A stretch of 64,000 bases of DNA from Octopus sinensis (Eukaryota), in the NCBI RefSeq assembly GCF_006345805.1, contig NC_043008.1, positions 1,426,001-1,490,000 on the forward strand, written 5' to 3'. The stretch's first letter is position 1. The number at the start of each line of letters is the position of its first letter. Position numbers and translations under genes: made by a program. Below are positions 1 through 13,500 of the stretch, one piece after another. Below the pieces are notes generated by a model that was not told the origin of the DNA, did no database searches, and saw only the letters and a list, made by a program, of their open reading frames with translations.

Positions 1-531
1 TCACATAACGAATGATAATTGCTTAGAAACACAACAACGTACATACAACGATGTAAGTTAAAGGTATAACATACATATAGAAACACAACAATCCATTCCC
101 AAACACAGACACACACACACTCACACATACACATATACACACACGCACAGAACTAAAATGAGTGATTGGGAGGGAAAGAGTGAGAAACGACCATAAAACT
201 TTATAGATCAGCACACAAGTATATGGAAGCAAACAATGGTGGGAACAAGACAAATGTGTGCCTAGATGTGTGTGTGTATGTTTGCACATATATCAAGGTG
301 TATAGTGAAGGAACTACACACGCTCCCTCAAACCATACACGTCTCTATCAATGGGGTTAGAAATTTTCTTCCAAACACAATTTTTCAGGTTCAGTCCCAC
401 TTCATGGCACCATGAGCCGAGGAATTCTAATAACGTCTCTGGCAGCAAAACAATGGCAGTATATTTCATAGAGGGAAACTGAAAGTATCTATAGCATTTG
501 AAAACTACATTCCTTCTTATTCTCTCTTCTC

Positions 532-544
532 TTTCTTCTTCTTC

Positions 545-576
<32 letters not shown>

Positions 577-759
577 CTTCTTCTTCTTCTTCTTCTTCTT
601 CTTCTTTCTTCTTCTTCTTCTTCTTATTATTATTATTATATTATTATTATATTATTATTATTTTATTATTATTATATTATTATTATTATTATTATATTAT
701 TATATTATATTATTATTATATTATTATTATCATTATCATCATTATCATTATTATTATTA

Positions 760-814
<55 letters not shown>

Positions 815-834
815 CATTATCATCATTATCATTA

Positions 835-869
<35 letters not shown>

Positions 870-891
870 TATTATTATTATTATTATTATT
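532..891. repeat. Compound microsatellite (TCT)n followed by (ATT)n
   Basis: Directly visible; explains the poly-S/F/I/Y ORF at 498..950. Confidence 0.97.
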
Positions 892-2458
892 CAGCTTCTT
901 CTTCGGCTTCAGAAAGAGGAAGAGAATGTAAGGATGACGGTAATTATTAGAATACAGTTCTGTAATGCTATCGGGTGTGCTGTATATGTTTCCATACACA
1001 TCGGGTGTGCTGCTGTGTATGTTTCCAGAAACCTATGCTTAACGAATTGACGCAATATCAGCAAATGTGACATAGGTACATTCGAATTTGCCATTTTCCT
1101 GATTTGATAACATTTCAGGGAAATATGTATTCGGCACCTGTATTTTAACGTGATATTTGGTAGATTTGATTTTTGCAAATGAACATTCGTCAGCGATAAG
1201 AATGTAGGAATCTTGTAGTGAAACACGTCTAACCTTATCATATACTATTAAGCGACATTTACGAATGTCGAGCAGTGACTAAGTTAGTTAAATGTGGAAT
1301 GCGCAAAAGTTGTAGTTGAACAAAAACTTCAATATTCATCCTGGTAACCGACTAAGGTCCATTCTGATCTTAGGCCTTAATGCTATGAGATTTTAGGGAC
1401 ATAGTGAAGTTGTATGTGTATCGGACTTAGCGTGATATACCAGGGAATAATCAGATTGGGAAGGTAAGGTTTAAGAGACGCAAACGAGAGAGATAATACT
1501 AATTCAACAGGGAAGTAAAATGAGAGAGTTCATGTGAATATTTTGCCTGTTTTCAATGTGATGTGGGAGTGTTAGATGGCGCTATCATACTTCTACGCAC
1601 AATCAATATATTCTTATGCAGGTATGCACAAACATGCTATCAAAGATACGTACTCAAATCCGAAACATACTTTCACGTGTACACAAAGGAATGGAGGGAT
1701 AGCTATATAAAAGTATCGTTAAAATGCACAAGTTAGACACTATAAATCTAACAATAATGATTGGACGATTAGAATAGAAGCAGTACAAAAGCATAAAGCA
1801 AAAAACGTTAAAGGAAAGAATAGGAAAAAAGTAAAAGAGGAAAAAGAGAAGACCATACTCAAAGTATATTAAACGCTTTATAAGTTAATCTACTGTGTTA
1901 GCAGTGCGATTAAATCAAGCCATGGTTATCTCTAAAAATATTTTTATAGCAATTATAGCCAGCAGGGGATTGTTACAAGTTCGTGGAAAGTTAATGGGTT
2001 GGATATGATCCTGACGATTGATTCACTGAGGGTTGCATTGAATAAATATATTTTATTCTTTTCTCTCTTCTAGAAATCAGTATGATTTTTGCACATACGT
2101 TGCCCAACAACGTTAACCACTTATCAGCTGCTTCGCTACAGACAGTGGCACGGGATCGGGCGCTCATGCAGACATACGAACGATTATACTCACATCATAG
2201 AACAAACAAAAGAAATACAAGTCATTAGATGAGCATATATACAATTTCAAAAGCGTCATTTGTGTCGTGGGGTTAGCGCATGGCAACTGACATATATACC
2301 ATATATGGAACTCTTAGCTACCGAGACACATTTGATTCCTACGAAATATAAATATAAAGAAATATATAAGTGTGTGAGTGTGTACTTATACACCTATTAC
2401 ATATGCAAGTATATATGTGTGCATTATTTATGTATAAGTGTACGTGCATGATTGCATG

Positions 2459-2489
<31 letters not shown>

Positions 2490-3908
2490 GCACGCACGCA
2501 AACATAGACACGTGCATGTATACACACCGTCATGCATATATAAATACATAAATGAAACATGAATAATCAATAGGATGACATAAATACTGCAGAGAACTTG
2601 GTAAGTTTGCCGTATCAATAATAACTATCTATGCATGTCTTGTAGTAATAATGACATATTCGCAGCAGAGAGAAAGGATGTCTTCTGTGAAAGCATTACC
2701 AATTCTAATGAAGCCTACGGGATAATGTTAAATATTCAGATAACGATCAGATACTTTAAATTCACTTGGTTAATTGAATTTCTAAATCTTTGGTTAATTA
2801 CATCCAAATGACTGGGAGTATATTAAATTGCCATTGTGTGATGTACAAGTAAAGAGGAACTAATGCAAGAATACAAAGTGTCAGAGTGAGCTGAAAGAAC
2901 ACAATACCGTTTCTATAGTTACAAGTGACACGTGCTTGTCTAAACATGATCGCCGAAGCGATCTCGTCGAACTTCGTTTCAACGTAATTTATTCACGAAA
3001 ATCATTTTTTAATAACAGGTGCTTAGAACAAAAACAAAATAACAATAAAAAATGCCAAGCTAATACACTCACAAAAACGCATATTTAAGCATTCACATAA
3101 ATACGTACGAATATGCATACAAATGCATTACTTTTGATATATCTTAATATCGGCGCATGCGTGAATCGAATATAGTATAGTAGTAATTATGTTCCTGCTA
3201 GCCACAACATGACATGGTACTTGTTATAATAGAACCGTAACTTGCTATTGACTTCATAAGAAGATAGCTATCATTTACATATCTGAATACAATATTTGGA
3301 ATATTAAAAATCCTTCAGACTTTAATCGTTCAGACGGTTGTAAGCAAATTTCATATACTTTACTTACACTCACTAAAATGTTCAACGCTATTAGGAAAAT
3401 ATGCCTCATATTCACACGGTTACGCGATTTGCAGCATCAAATACGAGGTTTACAAGCTACACATACTAATTATGTTGGCTGATTTATTTCTCCCGCAGGT
3501 AAGGTGTTTGAAACTCATGTCTCAAACAGAGTGAGTTATAAGTGCACATTCATTCGCTTTTGTTCAATTTCAGCTTCTTATCTTACTTAACTTGTTATGT
3601 GAAAGCGGTTGCGTTTGATCGAGAGTTCCACAAGCTTCCTACAATTTATACTTTACATGGAATACCGACTGAAAAATGTTTCATGTAAAAACCTAAGAAT
3701 CTGGCGATCAGGAAGATATTCTATATAGAATATTGTAGCATTTCTAGATTACTCTACTCACTGTTAATTTTTTAAAATTATTTACATCTATATACATTTC
3801 AATAATAAGGGTGAAAAATTAAATATTAATCTGATTAATAGCAATTTAAAACCAGTGGACAAGCATATTGAAGAATCTAAAGATTCAGAAAAATTATATT
3901 ACATATAA

Positions 3909-4161
3909 ATAAGAGGAATGACCACTAAGTGGACATCCATTCTGCAAGAGGTAGACTCCATATGGTTTGACCACTAAGAAAATATTGCTCTCAACCGGGT
4001 TTGGGATTAATCTTTATATTTTGTATCTTTTCATTTGTCTTGCTCGCCTACGTTCTGGCGTTTGTAGAATTTTCTTGAGAACAATATTCTCTTAGTGATC
4101 AAGACAGTATGGAGTCTATTTCTAGCATAATGGATGTCCCCCAAGTGGTCATCCCTCTTAT
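3909..4161. mobile_element. Foldback/MITE-like element with ~86-bp imperfect terminal inverted repeats
   Basis: Left arm 3909-3994 (ATAAGAGGAATGACCACT...AATATTGCTCTCAA) aligns with the reverse complement of 4075-4161 (TTGAGAACAATATT...AGTGGTCATCCCTCTTAT); ~80-bp spacer; TA at both ends. Confidence 0.75.
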
Positions 4162-4231
4162 ATATATACATATATATAGTAACGGATATATATGTATATA
4201 TATATTATGTATATGTATATAGCAGTGGATA

Positions 4232-4274
<43 letters not shown>

Positions 4275-4397
4275 TAAATAACAATTGCTTGCCAAACGGT
4301 AAGTTAATGATACAGGCCATATTGGGAATATCTATAGCTAATATTATTTGATTTAAGTACCATCTAAGCAGCATTTACATAAAAACAAGTTCATGTG

Positions 4398-4436
<39 letters not shown>

Positions 4437-4739
4437 AATATATATATAGGTGTGTATGTATGTATTTATATATATGTCTGTGTATAACTATATAAAGTTG
4501 TTTGTGTGTTCGTGCATATACAAACATATATACTTATGTATGTGTCCATTCATGTGTGTATATGATTTGCCGTAAATAATTACTGACACTAAATATAACA
4601 ATGTGAAACATGTGTTACCATCAATGGCTCTGCTGCTAATTAGTAATTACCTGGAGATAAAACCTATGTCTGTGAAATGGACACATAATATATCGCAAAT
4701 ATACTAAAATGAATAATATACTGGTGTATTTAACTCGTC

Positions 4740-5370
4740 GTTATTGTCGGTGAATTGTCAATACATCTATGGGAACAAATATGTCCCCTTCCTACGCGTG
4801 TTTCTGCAGTTTTCCTTGCTATTCCTCGTCTCTAATTTTTTTCATTCCTACACTCCCTCTTCTTTCTCTTCTCGCTGCATAACGGGAACACCGCTTCTAT
4901 GTTATAAAAACTCATATGATAAAGGTAAATCCTTTTATCCGCTCTGTACCGAGGAACAGTCTCTCATTTTGTTCTCTCACCTTTTAAAGAACGCGTTTAT
5001 TGTTGCAAACATTGGGAAAACATACCTTTAGATCCTATAAGTTGCTTCTACCAATTTGACTTTTAACTGTCTTCATACATTTCATTTCCACTACATATAT
5101 TTATTTCCACATCTATAAGCTTTATTCCCATTCGTCTATCACACTATATTTCTCCCCTATTAGTTTTCTGTTAATTTCTTTCTTTCTCCACTTTCTCTTT
5201 CTCTAAATTGCTTTTGACGGTATGTATATTAACAGTTTATTTTTAAAAAGAAAACTTGCTAGCGTTCCAATTCATCATATACGTTCCCTTCATCATTTTA
5301 TTCCCTCAGAAATAATGCTAATGTTTGCTTCGAAACATATGTCGGAAGTATAAAGATTTGAATAACACTT
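4740..5370 (+). mobile_element. Highly decayed, internally deleted Penelope-like element
   Basis: 4760-4801 translates NTSMGTNMSPSYAC, resembling the PLE RT motif GTAMGTxMAPSYAxL; PLLCYK-like linker near 4890; pLTR-like ...TTCGAAACATATGTCGG near 5330. Confidence 0.45.
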
Positions 5371-5524
5371 GCCTTTGGCTCCATTTCTTAATTTAACTAT
5401 GTTAACAAAGATATTTCACTAAACTCTGGAACATCTACCTTTATGAGCAGGCTGTAACATTCTTGGCACTTATATGAATTTTTGCTACCCTGATAACTAT
5501 TTACGTAATGTTCTATATATATAT

Positions 5525-5573
<49 letters not shown>

Positions 5574-7501
5574 TAGAATGTTAGATGATGGCGTCATTTT
5601 ATGTGAGGCAAAATTCACTGCTTGTAATTCAGCAAAGTGAGCGATGGAGTACGGGTCCTCATATTTCCAGGAATTTTCGCAGTCACCACTATATAGCTTT
5701 ACAATTTGGTTTAGAATCAAAATTTACGTGACACAATTCATGTTATTACTAAAGTGGATTAAACAAGCGCAATGAAGAAGTATTTAGTGTATTACGACAT
5801 ATATGCGACTGTCACATGATATTGTAGACTAAATATCTGTAGGAAGCAATATGTTTCTGATTGAATCTAATGAAATGCAAGCTCATATATCGCTTTCGTA
5901 ATAATGTTTCTCTAAACAGCTTCATTGAAAAGGATCTTTTATTTCTTTAAAAAAATATCTCAGAAACGGCGTTACGAGTTTGTTATGTTTCATATTAGTG
6001 TGCCTCTTATATGGCCATCATTTCGGTTTATTTTTTCTCATTTACATTTAAGTGAGAAGAAATAGAAATCAATGAACCATTGAATGAAGAGAATAAATGG
6101 GATATTTTCGAATCACCCCCCCCCACCTTTTTGTAAATCGATGTAAAAAAGATATGCTAACATTCAGAAAATTTTGTTATAAAAGGTATCAGTATAATTA
6201 ACATATATGGTTAATTAGATGATAGAAACGGAGGACGTGTAATATTCACGAGGAAATCAATGATCATAATAGTAGACCAATCAATAAAATCAGAGACAAT
6301 GTGGCCTAAATCTCAAGTCTTTAATGGACAGAGTCTCTGCAGTAATAGTCTGAATGACATTATCAAGGAGAAACCATAACATGATTTACAAATTGCCTCT
6401 AAGAAACATCTTAATCATTAATATTGATTTATATAATCAATAGAAAATAATAATTGATTATTGATAGCTAACATAAAATGGAACCAAACAAAAGATATAA
6501 TTTATTGACATTTTATGAGCACTTTTATGCTCGATAGAGTTGCGAAGCAAATAATTTAGTTTCAAGTTTTACAACGAATACAAATTTAATGATGAATTGA
6601 CAAAAAAGAAAATGGGAAAAAATATTCTCGCTAACCCTCTTTCTCTTTTAGCATTTTGAATTTAATTTGTGATTGCCCATAAATTACACACTACGATTAT
6701 AATACATATAATTGGACAAAACTGATATAAAGACAGTTATGAAGCATTCTAGCATATTCAGTTTTAATGCGCCGTGATTGTCATCATCCGCGGTAGAGAA
6801 ATTCTAACCCGATTTATGCTTCATCCTACGTCATTTATCTGCTAATTAGAATTCCTGACATATTAGAATGCATGTTTCAGATTTTGAACATAAACTATGA
6901 ATCATCTCAGAGACGTTCATGTTGATAATAATGTCCGTTGTAGAAATTGGAGCAATAATGTATAATCGACATTGACAGAAGTTCACAACATTTTTGGGAT
7001 GGTATAGTCATTTGAAATCATTTCATCTCCATTACTTATCGACTGATTAAGAAGAAAACTTAACACTATCGATGTGAGCATCATCACTGAAAGGCACGAT
7101 TCTTTATTGTAGAAGAGTTCTAATCTGTTTCTGTAACAATTCTGATGCACCCGAATTAAGATGGCCATGAATAATATCAACATGCGAAAATCCGCACAAA
7201 ACAAATATTACTGAAAATATTTCTAATTAATTGAATCGACTTCAGAATTTTAATTGTAATGATTTCATCGATTGTAAGAGGAAATGAAAGCGAATCCCAG
7301 AGATATCTGATCTGAGAAACGACAGAATTATAATGGAAATGCACTGGAAGTGTTTCCTTCATTTTATCAATGCGAATAACTAGGGTAGAATATAAATCAC
7401 TGTAAAATAGAACAATAAAAGTCCACTAGAAATCCAGCAATTTTGAATGGAGATCGTTAATTCTTTTTTACCATAAGCTCCACTACATGACTGTTACTCA
7501 C

Positions 7502-7542
7502 CGAGTAAGTCGTATCGCTTGTTTATCGCAAGTCTGTCAGTA
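7502..7542 (-). other. Candidate 41-nt internal exon (J)
   Basis: Minus strand: cttccgtctccttcccttttggcag|TACTGACAG...GACTTACTCG|gtgagt. Open only in phase 2->1 (TDRLAINKRYDLL). Confidence 0.4.
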
Positions 7543-8805
7543 CTGCCAAAAGGGAAGGAGACGGAAGATTGCTCAATGTAAGGTACAGCAACAGTGCTTC
7601 AATATTGAATTTGAAAGTCTGTTCTGTATGGGGAAGAAATGATAATATCTGTGGCAAAAAATGTCGAAGAAGCCAACGAGAGCTTGAATAATTCACGAAC
7701 AAAAGGAAATGAAAATAGGCAAGTAGACAGAGAAATATTTATACGAACATGTATCATACAAAAATTGCTGAAACGCAGACAAACAACAAGCGCAAAATGT
7801 GTGAACTTGAGTTGGAGTTTATTAACCACCTACAATGTGAATATTTTAAGCGAGCTCAAAAAAATAAAAACATAGTAACCTCGTAGTTCTAGTAAAACGT
7901 TGCAATGGGATGTTCCACAGGATCTTTTCTAGATTTCTCCATAAATATTAGTATACTGTTGAAGCAAAAATTTCAGATATGACTGTAAAGTACACGAAAT
8001 CACAGGAAATGCATATTATAGATTTGGGAATGTCATGTTACTGAGAAAATATGAAAGGGATTTAGAAGTGAGAATCGCTATTTTTGTAATCCTTATTTCC
8101 TGTCCATCGGAGGATTAAAACTTCCATTTTTATTTTTATTCGAAACAACTGTTACGTATCCCGTTGTTCTTACCACTACGTCAGTGAAAATCGAAATAAA
8201 ATACTTAAAGCAACAGTCATCACATGGAAAAGCCAAAGAACTGTTAGTTGTTTAAATATCACCTGCAATATTCCCTTTGGAGGTGAAACAGCGTTCAGTC
8301 AGGCGGATAGGTGTCAACATGAGGTATGTACTATGGAAGAGTTCATTGTGCTTACTCTAATGTGAAAGTGTTTGATTACAAAAAGTTTAATTAATTATGA
8401 TGTCCGATTCCATTGGAAGTTTCATATATAGTGAGCTGAACAGCTTCCCTTCATGTTATTGGCCTCATGACAATTTTGAAAAAGTTCACTGTGTTAAGAC
8501 TCACTATCAACCAATTTTCTTTATTTAGAATCTAGATTATTTTAATAAAAGAAAAAGCATATCGACGTGACATTTAAATTTTAAATAATGACTTCTGATG
8601 TATAGAACCACAGCCTGAGCAGCGGCTGGTTGAACGGTTTGCTTTGATGTGGTTAATAAATAATTATTGATTTCAAATTTTGGCACAATGCCAGTCATTT
8701 CAGGAGATGAGATTAGTGAAATCCAAGCATTTTATGCGATGTGTTCACAATTCTGCCAGTTCAAGAAAGAAAACGTTCACGACATTTCACAGCTTATATT
8801 TCAAA

Positions 8806-8930
<125 letters not shown>

Positions 8931-9909
8931 ATGTTGCTGCCTGTTTTTGGATCTACCTTTGTGCCGGTCTGGCTGTCTTTCTATCTGCTTGTCTGTCTTC
9001 TTCACTGTCAGTCGATCTATCTGTCTGCTCCACACATTCATTCGCAAATGCATCTATACAAACACACACACACACGCACACATGGACACACATATTTACA
9101 CTAGCATTTCTACCTTCACACATACACACACACATATCCACTCGCCTTTCTCACACAGGTATACAATTTTAATGCAAGCGTTTCATAACTTCGTAAAATT
9201 AATATTTTCTTTTTAATCTGCAAGCAAATACACTGATGCACTTACAGAATTGAAATGTTTTATTGACTCTGGAGGGATAAAATAAAATATTTGGCATTGT
9301 GCAGGGAATACAAGATCTGTTCATCTGTGCACTATCGAAGTTCTCATTCACCATCTCGTTACAATATAATGACAATCGATAACGCTGCAGAAGTTAGATT
9401 TTGTTTGGTTGTCTAAATAGGGTATAGCATATTCTTATTAATTAATTCTTATTACTGAACGTGATGAATCTAGTTACCGACGTGTAACAATCTATTAATT
9501 CGTGTACAACAGTGGATATGTATATGTATAATGCATATTATAAGCGGCAGATTCACCAATGCAATTATTTTAAATTCTCCTATCACTGAATTATTTTCCT
9601 ACACATAATCTCTTACAGTTGCTTTATGACCTTCTAGGCTGTTTAATAAAGCGAAACAAATTGTTACACTCTCAAATTCCGGCTCACTCATGCCTCCTTA
9701 ACTCCATTTAATTGTAATCAATCTAAATATCAAATTTTATTCCATTACTTCTCTCTTGAAGAAATTATCATTCTTTCTATATTGTCGTTTTTTAATGGGT
9801 GTCATTTCAAATGAGAAAATATATTTTATTCTCTATATAATATATTGCGATTTTTAATTCGATGCTTCTTCCAAATGGTTGGAGACCGACTCGAATTATT
9901 TAAGCAGGT

Positions 9910-10210
9910 GTAACGGTGTGGTTAAGAAGCTAACTTTGCAAGCGCTTGGTTTTAGGATCAATCCCTATAGTCTCATATTTACCATTCGCTTGCGAAGGAA
10001 CTTGTCTGACACACTCATGTCTCTATATGTGTGTGTGTGCGTGCGCGTGTGTGTGTGGAGGGTGTGTTCGTATGTGTGTCTGCGTGTATAGGTGTTGATG
10101 TTATTTCCATATGCATTTGAAAACCGGTGTCTCTTTGTTTACTTCCCAGTAACTCACCAGTTCGGTAAAAGAAACCTATGGGATAACCGTTCAGCTATGA
10201 TCAATTAGTA
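9910..10210 (+). mobile_element. Decayed tRNA-derived SINE
   Basis: Head GGTGTGGTTAAGAAGCT...GGATCAATCCC and body CCAGTAACTCACCAGTTCGGTAAAAGAAACC resemble the better-preserved copy at 49148-49545. Confidence 0.5.
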
Positions 10211-10369
10211 CTAATGTCAATTCGTTCAACGAAGCCCTTCTGGAAGTGCATCAGCGAGACCGTAACCTAAGTGCTGCAAAAATATTAAGATTTACAATAA
10301 TTCGATTGAATCGCAGCAGAAACTGAAATGTTTTACAGGAAATGTAAATTTACAGCGAATTAGAGAAAG

Positions 10370-11215
10370 ATGCATCAAAACTCTCAAACCTAGGCTTCCA
10401 ACTGCGTTTTATTCTTCTTCACATCTTGTATCGCATTCCAGATTGAAGCTGCATGTTATACACAACCAAGAATTCTGGGGATTGCAGCCTTCTTGACACT
10501 TTTAATGACAAAACTGTTATGCTGTACGTATGTTGCTGTAAACTGTAAACACCCATCTCCATCATGCCATCGAACTTTAAGACTGAAATCAGTCTACACT
10601 GGCTTCACCTTTCTCCTGGAGGTAAATTCTTTCCACTTTGCAGCAGTCGTCAACCAGCTCGCCTTTACGACACAACTTTCTAAGTAGTAGTTAAAGCTTA
10701 TTACCTGAGTACAATACTAGTCCACTTTTCATGGCACTCCTTCACCTCCTATTGTACTAATTGCCTTTGTCTTCTTCATGAAGTTGTCTACTTCTTTTCT
10801 GCAAAATCATAGAAGCGGAATTTAGTTATTTCTTCCGTTGTGCGTTTCAAACCACTTATGAACGGGGACGGTTTTTCTAGTTTTGGTTTACTCTATGTCT
10901 CCTGTATATACCTATTTAGTTTATCCTTAGTGCATTTAAGCCTTTTCATCTTAGCCTCAGCAAACAGTTTCCTGCGAAGAACACGAGGGTTCTTTAGGAA
11001 CAGTTCTATCTTCCACGCTTAATTCTTCCAATGAGTCTGGCATCTCAGTGCGCTACGGCACGTTTTATTTAAATCTTCATAGAAGACTAACAAGCCATCA
11101 TTTTCCTCTGGTCCAGCTTGTACCCAATACTCCTGGAAATCTTTCCATCTTCCTAACTGTTTCATCTTACTTTCTCATCTCCTTTTGCTGACATTAGCAT
11201 CTATTTTATTCTAAT
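10370..11215 (-). mobile_element. HERO/R2-group non-LTR retrotransposon fragment (pre-RT and N-terminal RT), frameshifted
   Basis: Minus-strand pieces ELFLKNPRVLRRKLFAEAK, LRKLCRKGELVDDCCKVERIYL and KSVKKAAIPRILGCV*HAASIWNAIQDVKKNKTQL resemble HERO-type motifs (F.KNP..F...LF; VQKAG.PG..GC.EH...IW..IQ). Confidence 0.7.
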
Positions 11216-11357
11216 TTTATTCTTGTAATGTAAATGTAAGTGACCTGGTAGTGGTGGTAGTAGTGGTGGTGGTGGTGGTATCAGTAAAAGTGGGACTCTC
11301 TTTTAAAGCCTTCGCTATAGGCAAGAGGCCTTCAGATGATCACTGGTTTTAAGAAGT

Positions 11358-11387
<30 letters not shown>

Positions 11388-11389
<2 letters not shown>

Positions 11390-11525
11390 CCTTTTTACTG
11401 CAAGCACAAGACCTTCAATTTGGGGGAGGGGACTAGTCGATTACATCGACCCCAGTGTTTCACAGGAACTTAATTTATCGAACCCGAAAGGACGAAAGGA
11501 TGAAAAGCAAAGTCGATCTCGACGA
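11388..11525 (-). mobile_element. SINE 3' fragment (Nin-like central domain) with (TTA)n tail
   Basis: GATTACATCGACCCCAGTG...TTTATCGAACCCGAAAGG...GAAAAGCAAAGTCGA, same family as 32978-33504; adjacent (AAT)n at ~11360-11387. Confidence 0.8.
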
Positions 11526-11527
11526 AT

Positions 11528-11529
11528 AT

Positions 11530-11584
<55 letters not shown>

Positions 11585-11775
11585 GCTGCTCCTATAAAAT
11601 AATAATAATAATAATAATAATGATGATGATGATGATGGATGGTGATGATGATGATGATGATAATGAGGATGATGATGATGGATGGTGATGATGATGATAA
11701 TGAGGATGATGATGATGGATGGTGATGATGATGATAATGATGATGATGATGATGATGATGATGGTTATTATGATT

Positions 11776-11809
<34 letters not shown>

Positions 11810-11830
11810 CGATGATGATGAAAATGATGC
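11528..11830. repeat. Compound (TAC)n/(AAT)n/(GAT)n microsatellite
   Basis: Directly visible. Confidence 0.95.
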
Positions 11831-12334
11831 AAATGATAACGTAATTTCGTACCTAAAATAATGTATTCCTTATTTTCCCGTTCTTGAGAATAACATTTGT
11901 AGCCTTTCGAACAGCTAATTCAAAGTTATATCAAAAATGGTATACACTGTATTCTAGAAATTTATCAAAACTTTATCTCACATTACTGGAAATAAATAAA
12001 GATTACTCTCTCAGCAGAAGAGCAACCCTGGAGAATGTAGAGATTCGTAAACATTATACACGCCCTGAAGTCATCACGCTACTGAACAAGGGAAACAAGA
12101 AAGGAAATTACATTTGATTTGAAAACACAATAATACTTGCCAACGGAAGAGATTACGTTGAGAACTGGTTTAGCAGACGGAAACTGAAAGAAGCCTGCCA
12201 TGTATATCTTATATATATATATATAAATATATTTAAAGGGAATAATTAATAAATATATTTTTCCCTTATGAGGTTTTTCACTCTAACTACTTGATAAATT
12301 CTTATAAAAGTTTAGCCTATTTTAAAATTACACA

Positions 12335-12381
12335 CATAATATATATATATATGTATGTATATTGGTATATATATTTATGTA

Positions 12382-12412
<31 letters not shown>

Positions 12413-13091
12413 CGTATATATATGTGTGTGTATATATATATGTATATATGTATATATATATGTACATATGTATATATATATATGTATATATGTATATATA
12501 TTTGTATGTGCACATAAATATAGCTTTGTGTGATTATGTGCGCATATGTGTAATTCCATAAATGTGCGTGTGTGCATGTATATATAAATATATATGTGTG
12601 TGTATGTGTGTTTTTGTATGTGCATGTGTGTGTCTGAGAGCGAGAGAGTGATAAAGAGAGAGACGAGTTTCACTTAAACGATATGTTTATTCCATTCCCG
12701 TTGCATTAATTTCACATTATTTTCCCCTGTTTTATATAACCTAACTTTAAAAGTTTCAAACTCGATCAAACACTCTATTGCTCGGCTGTCACATTTATTC
12801 TGTACCAACTTTTGCAATATTTTAGAAAATTGCATTAATGCGCATAATTCATCCGTTTCAAAAGTCTGAAAATGCATTCTCATGTCATACGTTGAATTAA
12901 ACTGAGCATTGTATGAATTTATTAGCATAAAACTCTGCACAATTTTCATTTTCACTCTGCAAATTTTCTGCCTGTGTAGCTTGTTCTCTGTCTCACTCTC
13001 TCTGAATGACGGCATACATACACGCTTACACACATATATGAGGGCAACACACACACGTACATATACACACACACGTATAAATCTGTCTCTT

Positions 13092-13126
<35 letters not shown>

Positions 13127-13208
13127 GAAAGAAGAACATAGATGAACATATATATATGTATGTATGTATATATATATATATATCTATATATATATATATA
13201 TAATATAT

Positions 13209-13242
<34 letters not shown>

Positions 13243-13500
13243 GATAGATAGATAGATAGACATACACATATATTCTCATACACGTAAATAAACCCGACTA
13301 TGTGAGTGAGTAAATATGAACATACAGACATACATATATTTCCATATATGTATGCATATATGTATATATATATATATATGTATACATACATACACACACG
13401 CACACACATATATATATATAATATATATATATATATATACATATATATCTATATATGCAAGTATATATCTTTATTTACATACATAAATTCATATATATAA
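12335..13500. repeat. Mixed (TA)n/(TG)n/(TAGA)n low-complexity tracts
   Basis: Directly visible; source of the Y/I-rich ORFs. Confidence 0.9.

Noticed and set aside
498-950. 150-aa ORF and similar poly-I/Y/S/H/V ORFs throughout the track (e.g. 8667-9216, 11470-11832, 12291-13643, 19744-20170, 33379-33723, 55914-56192, 62532-62970)
   Set aside because: They are translations of microsatellites with no coding complexity.
5397-5720. Minus ORF with WKYEDPYSIAHFAELQ
   Set aside because: Runs into (CT)n/(TA)n, has no donor site and no known motif.
7000-7400. Possible CR1/L2 RT remnant on the minus strand (FSDD, SGIR)
   Set aside because: Only 3-4-residue resemblances; cannot be supported without a profile search.
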